64,000 bases of DNA from Candidatus Latescibacterota bacterium (GTDB lineage: Bacteria; Latescibacterota; UBA2968; UBA8231), in contig CBDCSU010000006.1 in the NCBI GenBank assembly GCA_965221775.1, positions 2,016,001 to 2,080,000 of the forward strand. Reading direction: 5' to 3'. Positions 57,808 through 64,000 of this stretch are shown one piece after another. The notes under the pieces are model-generated. The model made no database searches. It was not told the origin of the DNA and saw only the letters and a list, made by a program, of their open reading frames with translations. How positions within the stretch are numbered: the first letter of the stretch is position 1; the number at the start of each line of letters is the position of its first letter. Position numbers and translations under genes: made by a program.

Positions 57808-60800
57808 ATGAGTGCACGGCGGATTGGCAGGGGTTTCCTGGGGCTCTTCTTGTGCGGCCAGGGGCTGGCGGCTCCCCCCGACCCGCACGTCGAAGGCCGG
57901 GTGGTGCTGGACGACGGGCGGCCAGTCGCCGGAGCGCACGTGCGGTTCTTCGATTCCTCCGACCCGACCCGCACCCATGGCGTCATCGCCGACGAGTGGG
58001 GGCGATTCTCGCTGGCCCAGCCGGGCGCGTCGGGCATGGGTGCGCTGCCCCGGCAGACCACGCTGCTGCAGAACTACCCCAACCCCTTCAATCCCTCCAC
58101 CGTCATCCCGTACCAACTGTCGTCGCCGGGCCACGTGCGGCTGGAGGTGTTCAACGTGCTGGGGCAACTCGTGGCCACCCTGGTGGACCAGGAGGTGTCG
58201 GCGGGGGTGTACACGGCGATCTGGCGCGGCACGGATGGAGCGGGACGTGCCGTGGCGGCGGGACTCTACTTCTACCGCCTCAGGGCGGGCGGCGTCAGCG
58301 AGACACGCCGGATGGTCCTCGTCGATGGTCAGGCCGGCGTGCCCGGCCCCGCTTCAGCCATCACGGCGCCCACACCTGAGTCGGCTCCGGTCTCCATCCT
58401 GACGGTGAGCGGCCCCGGTGTGGCCACCCATGTGGACCCGGACTTCCGGGCCGGCACCGGACCGGTGGAGATCGTCGTCGAAGCGCGAGCCGGCTCCGGT
58501 TCGAGGGCGAAGGCGGCGGCCGGGGGCGGTATCCTCGGCGACGTGGACGGCAATGGCCGGGTCGATCTCATCGACGCGGTGCTGGTGTGGCTGTACGCCT
58601 TCGACGCTACCATCACCAGCCCGAACGATGGCGACATCTCCCTGGGGGATGTGGATCGCGACGGCCGCATCGACATGACGGACTTCCACTACATCGTCGC
58701 CCACTACGTCGATCCTGCCGACCCGTCGCTCCCTGAGGGAATCGGCGACCCCGTGGCGGCAGTCCTTGAGGGCATGATGTACTGGGTGGATTGGGAGACG
58801 GGCAAGATCCAGCGGGCGAACCTGGACGGCTTCGAGGTCGAGGATCTCGTCACAGGGTTGAGGGAGCCGGAGGACCTGGCCGTGGATCTGTCGGGGGGAA
58901 AGATGTACTGGCCGGACCATGCGGCGGGCAAGATCCAGCGGGGGAATCTGGACGGGTCCGGGATCGAAGATCTCGTCACTGACATCTACTACGTATGGAG
59001 CCTGGCCCTGGATGTGGCCGAAGGCAGGATGTACTGGACGAACGCCAGTCACAGGGGGCCCAGGATCCAGCGGGCGAACCTGGACGGATCCGGGGTTGAA
59101 GATCTGATCACCACCGGACTGTTCCTGATAGCCGGTCTGGCCCTGGACCTGCCCGGGGGCAAGATGTACTGGACGGACAGCGGAACGAGGAGGATCCAAC
59201 GGGCGAATCTGGACGGTTCCCGCGTGGAAGATCTCCTTACCACCAATCTGTATGGTCCACGGGGATTGGCGCTGGATCTCACTCGGGGCAAGATGTACTG
59301 GGGCGACTGGGGAAGCGGCCGGCTTCAGCGCTCGAATCTGGACGGTACCCAGGTTGAGGAACTCCTGAGCCGAGGAAACCCCGACAACCTCGTTCTGGTG
59401 ATTCCCGAGGGGAAGATTTACTGGATGGAGAGTGCCTCCGGCGAGGGCGATGGCGAACTCCTGCGTGCCAATCTGGACGGATCGGAGGTTCAGGACTTCC
59501 CCATCACCGGGGTCCGGCAACCGAGGGGTCTGGTGCTTCACCTGCCCGGTCTGCCGGAGGCAGATGTGAATCGCCCCCCGGTACTGGAGGGCATCGTCAA
59601 GCAGAGCGTGGTGGAGGGAGAGACCCTGCGCATCGATCTGTTCGGCCGCGACCCGGAGGGCGGCGAGGTTGCCTTTGAGGCGCTCTCGGACGGCGGTGTG
59701 GCCATGGTCAGCGTGTCCGGCAGTCAGCTGACGATACATCCGGCAGCGCCAGGACGCGCCACGGTGACGGTGAAGGCCAGCGATGCCGAGGGCAACACGA
59801 CAAGCAGGACCTTTTCTGTCAGAGTGACCGCCCCCCTGCCTGTGAGCCTGGGCCGGATGTACTGGACGGACTGGGAGGTGGACAAGATCCAGCGAGCCAA
59901 CCTTGACGGTTCCAGAGTCGAGGAGTTGGTCACCACCGGCCTGGCTTTTCCCTACGGCCTGGCCCTGGATGTCGCCGGGGGGAAGATGTACTGGGCGGAT
60001 GCAGGGACGCAGAAAATCCAGCGGGCGAACCTCGACGGCTCCCGGGTGGAAGACCTCGTCACCAGTGAAACGTTCGAGCCCATAGACGTGGCCCTGGACG
60101 TGGTCGGAGGAAAGATGTACTGGACGGCGACGGACTATGCCTGGACGGCGTCGGACTATGCCTTGACCTGGGGCGCGATTCTCCGCGCGAACCTGGACGG
60201 CTCCCAGATCGAGGAAGTCCTGACTACGGCGGGCATTCCGGAAGGAATTGCCTTGGACCTCGTTGCAGGGAAGATGTACTGGACCGACACCGCCCGATCC
60301 AACCTTGGCCGGGCGAACCTGGACGGGTCCCAGGCAGAAACCATTGTTGGATGGGGCAGTGACATCGGGCCGCTGAACATACCCCTGGGCCTGGCTCTCG
60401 ACCGGGCAGGTGGAAAGACCTACTGGCAGGATCCGGGGACGCTCAGGATGCAGCGCGCCAACCTCGATGGCTCCCAGGCAGAAGATCTCCACGTTTCCGG
60501 GCTTGGGTATCCTGGGATAGGTCCTGGCTCTCGACCCGGCCGAAGGCAAGATCTACTGGACGGACGGCGGCAGGAAGCAGATCCTGCGGTCCAACCTCGA
60601 CGGCACGCGCGTCGAGGACCTCCTCAGCGGTTTGGGCGGACCGGCTGGTCTGGCCCTGGAGATCCTGGCGCCGGACCTGGTGGCCTCGGACCCGTGGGCG
60701 AGTCCCCGCGATCTCGGTCTGGGGCAGTCCTTCACCCTGTCGGTGGCAATCCGAAACCGGGGGCAGCTGCCGGCCCCGGCGACTACCATCCGCTACTACG

Positions 60801-61018
60801 TTTCCAACGATGCGACGATCACCCGGGACGACACCGAGGTGGGCACCCGGCCCGTGCGCGGTCTGTCCGCTCCGGGCACCAGCTTCAAGCTGATCCGGCT
60901 GAGGACGCCATTGAGCCCTGGAGACTACTACTACGGAGCCTGCGTGGATCCGCCCGCCGGCGAAGCCGAGACCCGCAACAACTGCTCACCCGCCGTCAGG
61001 GTGAGGGTGGGAGGATAA
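57808..61018 (+). CDS. Large secreted multidomain protein: FlgD/T9SS-like, dockerin, two YWTD (LDLR-B) propellers, Ig-like, CARDB; frameshift near 60520
   Basis: NYPNPFNP; GDVDGNGRVDLID and GDVDRDGRIDMTD; many GKMYWTD...IQRANLDGS repeats; the last repeat and PDLV...GDYYYGACVD...NN continue in another frame to 61018. Confidence 0.8.
60120..60161 (+). repeat. 21-bp in-frame tandem duplication (WTATDYA/WTASDYA)
   Basis: CTGGACGGCGACGGACTATGC followed by CTGGACGGCGTCGGACTATGC. Confidence 0.8.
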
Positions 61019-61022
61019 CCCC

Positions 61023-61931
61023 ATGCGACGCTTCACCCGGACCCCCTGCTACTCCGGCCCCGACGACCCGGAGCGCGGTCAGCCGCGCGGCACGCTGAAA
61101 CTCGGCGAGACGGTCGTGGTGGAGACCGTGGGCGGCGCCGACCACGACTACGAGGCCGCCGGCGAGACCCGGGCGGGCATGATCGTGGCCGCCGACACGC
61201 CGCGGCACTCGCGCCACGGCGGTCCCTTCGTCATCGAGGGGATCGAGCCCGATGACTGGGTCGCCATCGAGATCCTGGAGATGGAGTGCGGACCCTACGG
61301 CTTCTACCGCAACGCCGGGCCCCACTGGGGCTATTGGCGGGCCGTGGCGCCGGTGCGGGACGGCCTCATCCACTTCCCGCCGGACTTCGTCGTTCCCGTG
61401 CGGCCCATGGTCGGCGTCATCCAGCTGGCGTCGGTGGCCCCCCATCCCATCGACCACGGGGGCAACATGGACTTCAACTCCATCCAGCCGGGAAGCACCG
61501 TCCACATCCGCGCCCAGAAGCCGGGGGGATACCTGTCGATGGGCGACACCCACGCGCGCATGGGGGAGGGGGAGCTGACCGCCGCCGGCGTGGAAATCGA
61601 CGCGGCGGTGACCATCCGCGTCGACCGCTCCCCCGGCTTCCCGAACGCCAGCCCCGTGGTGGAGAAGACGCGCCACGTGGAGGAGGCCGAGGAGTGGCTC
61701 ACGGGCGGCATCGGACCGAGCTGGGGTGAGGCGCTGAAGAAGGCCTGGATCGAGATGGTGGCCCTGATAGTCGACCGCTACGACACGACCTACGAGTACG
61801 CCAACATGATCGTCGGCACCATCGCCGACGCGCGGCCCGGCTTCGCTACCGAGTACATCGGCGACTACTGCACGGTGCAGCTGGCCATCACCAAGCAGCT
61901 GCGGCGCACGGGAACGCCCTACCAGCCCTGA
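61023..61931 (+). CDS. Acetamidase/formamidase family protein
   Basis: GPFVIEGIEP, PMVGVI, HGGNMD, GDTHARMGEGE. Confidence 0.88.
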   Translation: MRRFTRTPCYSGPDDPERGQPRGTLKLGETVVVETVGGADHDYEAAGETRAGMIVAADTPRHSRHGGPFVIEGIEPDDWVAIEILEMECGPYGFYRNAGPHWGYWRAVAPVRDGLIHFPPDFVVPVRPMVGVIQLASVAPHPIDHGGNMDFNSIQPGSTVHIRAQKPGGYLSMGDTHARMGEGELTAAGVEIDAAVTIRVDRSPGFPNASPVVEKTRHVEEAEEWLTGGIGPSWGEALKKAWIEMVALIVDRYDTTYEYANMIVGTIADARPGFATEYIGDYCTVQLAITKQLRRTGTPYQP

Positions 61932-61953
61932 CGGCCCGGGGGGCCCGGCGGAG

Positions 61954-63279
61954 TCAGGCCTCCAGTCCCGTCTCCCCCATCTGGCGCGAGGCCAGCACCC
62001 ACGGGTCCCGCGTCCGCACGCGGAACTCCTTCACCTTGTTCCGCATCTCCTCGGCCACCGGCTGCAGGGCCGGCTCGTCGATGAGGTTCTCCGCCTCCAC
62101 GGGGTCGGCCTCGACGTCGAAGAGCGCCTCGGCCCGCTGGCGCAGGAAGCCATCCGTCGGGCGCTTCCCCATCATCGCCATCCCCTCGCCCTCGACGGCC
62201 TTCCACGTGGGGGAGCCCCACAGGTCGCTGGGCAGGGGCCGCGTCAGCTCGGGGTAGAGGTTGCGCACGTACTTGTAGCGGCGCCCCCGCAAGCCGCGGT
62301 ACGGGTAGTAGTTCGTCACCTCGTGGAAGGTGTGGGAGAAGAAGGTCTCGTCCCAACCTGAAGGGTTCCGCTGGTCGAGGATGGGCACCAGAGAGCGCTC
62401 GGGCAGGCCCTCCGGCGGCTCCACGCCGCACCAGTCGAATACGGTGGGCGCGATGTTGCTCCAGTTGACCAGGGCGTCGCACTCGACCTGACCGGCGCCG
62501 GGGCGCGCGATCAGCAGCGGACAGTGGTGGCCGGAGTCGAAGGAGGAGGCCTTGGCCCCGGGGAAAGGCATGCCGTGGTCGCTCATGACGACGATCATCG
62601 TCTCGTCGGCGCGGCCGGCCGCCTCCAGGGCCTGCACCGCCAGCCCGATGCCGAGATCCAGCCGCGAGACCGCCTGGTAGTACTCGGTCAGCTCGGCGCG
62701 CACCTCCGGGTGGTCGGGCAGGAAGTCGGGGACCGGCACCTGCGCCGGGTCGTAGCGGGTCTCCTCCACGCCCTCGTAGCTCTGCCGGTTGCCGAAGTCG
62801 CGGTGTGGGTCGGAGAATCCCAGGTGCAGGTAGAAGGGGCGGTCTCCGGCGTCGGCCAGGAAGCCGGCCGCCATCTCGGCCATGACGGCCACGTTGCGCC
62901 CTCCGCCGGGGACCTGCTGCAGGTCGTGGGTCCAGGGGTAGACGCTCGCCGGCTGGGTGTGGAGCTTGCCGATGATGCCGGTGGCGTACCCGGCGGCGCC
63001 GAGCCGCTTCGGGATCGACGGCATGGAGGCGGCGGTGTGGAAGTTGTGCATCCCGTGGGAGTGGCCGTACTGGCCGTGGGTGTGGCTGTAGTGGCCGGTG
63101 AGGATGTTGGCGCGGCTGGCGGCGCACGACGGCGAGGTGCAGAAGGCGTGGGTGAAGCGCGTCGCCCGCCGGGCCAGGGCGTCCACATGGGGCGTCTGGA
63201 TGACGGGGCTGCCGTAGCAGCCGGCCAGGGGGCTCCAGTCGTCGGCGATGAGGAGCAGGACGCTGCGGCCGTCAGGCAT
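61954..63279 (-). CDS. Sulfatase (SGSH-like)
   Basis: LIADD, CAASRANILTG (CxxxR), GKLH, SDHG. Confidence 0.92.
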   Translation of the reverse strand: MPDGRSVLLLIADDWSPLAGCYGSPVIQTPHVDALARRATRFTHAFCTSPSCAASRANILTGHYSHTHGQYGHSHGMHNFHTAASMPSIPKRLGAAGYATGIIGKLHTQPASVYPWTHDLQQVPGGGRNVAVMAEMAAGFLADAGDRPFYLHLGFSDPHRDFGNRQSYEGVEETRYDPAQVPVPDFLPDHPEVRAELTEYYQAVSRLDLGIGLAVQALEAAGRADETMIVVMSDHGMPFPGAKASSFDSGHHCPLLIARPGAGQVECDALVNWSNIAPTVFDWCGVEPPEGLPERSLVPILDQRNPSGWDETFFSHTFHEVTNYYPYRGLRGRRYKYVRNLYPELTRPLPSDLWGSPTWKAVEGEGMAMMGKRPTDGFLRQRAEALFDVEADPVEAENLIDEPALQPVAEEMRNKVKEFRVRTRDPWVLASRQMGETGLEA

Positions 63280-64000
63280 CGGCCCGCGGACCCACCGTTA
63301 GCACCACGATCTTCGGGTCCCAGGGATTGCCGCCGGGATAGTATGGCGGCATCAGGCGCCGGCGCCCCTCCCGGGCCGCGGCGCAGTGGAGCAGCGCCAG
63401 GGCCAGGACGTTGTCCTGGCTGGCGGCGCCGGCGGCGGACGGGTTCTCGGCCAGCAGGCCGTCCCGCGTACGTTCCGCGGCGAGCGCACTCCCAAGCGAT
63501 GCGGCGGCCTCGAGGCAGGCCGGCTCCCCCGTGGCCTCGTGCAGGTCGAGGAGGCCGAAGACGGCGGAGACGGGATCCGGGGTCCGCTCCCCGGCGGCGG
63601 GCAGGGGCACCGGGCCCCCCTCGCCGGTCCAGCCCATGGCGCCGGCGAGACCCGCGGCCATCTCCAGCAGGTCCTCCTCGCCGGTGACCCGGAAGGCCCG
63701 GGCCCAGGTCAGCAGGGCGCCGCCGTCGGCCGGCACCTTGACGAGCTTGGCCGGCGGACAGTAGCCCCGCTGCTCGGCGCCCTGCTCGCGGAGGCGCTGC
63801 CCGTCGTAGAGGATCGGGTGGAAGCAGCCGAGGGCGGGGTCCCAGCTGTGCTCCCTGAGAGCCCGCAGGTCCCGGAGGGCCACGTCGAGGAAGGCCCGCC
63901 CGCGATCCTCCCCGAGCTTGTCGCGGAGGTTCAGGAAGGTGAGCGCCGCCCGCTGGCCGCGGGTGACGATCGTCCCCGAGGTGAGGACCGTCGCCTCGTT
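63272..64000 (-). CDS. C-terminal part of an alpha/alpha-toroid protein, PL2 pectate lyase-like (5' end beyond window)
   Basis: Frame open to the window edge; FHPILYDG...GY...LLTWARAFRVTG...FGLLDLHEATG...LALALL resemble PL2 C-terminal motifs. Confidence 0.55.
   Translation of the reverse strand, partial: NEATVLTSGTIVTRGQRAALTFLNLRDKLGEDRGRAFLDVALRDLRALREHSWDPALGCFHPILYDGQRLREQGAEQRGYCPPAKLVKVPADGGALLTWARAFRVTGEEDLLEMAAGLAGAMGWTGEGGPVPLPAAGERTPDPVSAVFGLLDLHEATGEPACLEAAASLGSALAAERTRDGLLAENPSAAGAASQDNVLALALLHCAAAREGRRRLMPPYYPGGNPWDPKIVVLTVGPRADA

Noticed and set aside
58770-60620. Regularly spaced DNA repeats (AAGATGTACTGG...AACCTGGACGG) as a CRISPR-like array
   Set aside because: They are degenerate, in-frame YWTD protein repeats about 130 bp apart, and no cas genes are present.

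Overview
High-GC bacterial chromosomal window, genetic code 11, with about 60 genes. The content resembles FCB-group marine or sponge-associated genomes such as Latescibacterota (inference only): five PhyH-family Fe/2OG oxygenases, four Gfo/Idh/MocA oxidoreductases, a sulfatase, ankyrin and YWTD/LDLR-B eukaryote-like proteins, and proteins with FlgD/T9SS-A-like 'PNPFN' domains. It also holds tRNA-Ala(GGC), hrpA, crcB, ogt, an MscS channel, an Amt transporter and two VapBC pairs. A defence island at about 46.4-56.0 kb contains a Type III R-M system with HicB, a truncated HicA and an MNT-HEPN pair nested between res and mod, followed by an ABC-type ATPase with a small PD-(D/E)xK-like partner and a decayed DUF262 gene. 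The most striking signal is one the ORF track misses. Two minus-strand ORFs (21866..22120 and 21197..21694) are one reading frame joined by an in-frame TGA at the first Cys of a thioredoxin CxxC motif (U-P-Y-C), followed by a SECIS-like hairpin. This predicts an exported selenoprotein redoxin fused to a FlgD/T9SS-A-like C-terminal domain. It lies beside a TlpA oxidoreductase and a DUF6029-like outer-membrane barrel with a C-terminal Cys pair, suggesting a cell-envelope thiol/selenol relay. All family assignments come from motif recognition by eye; no searches were run.
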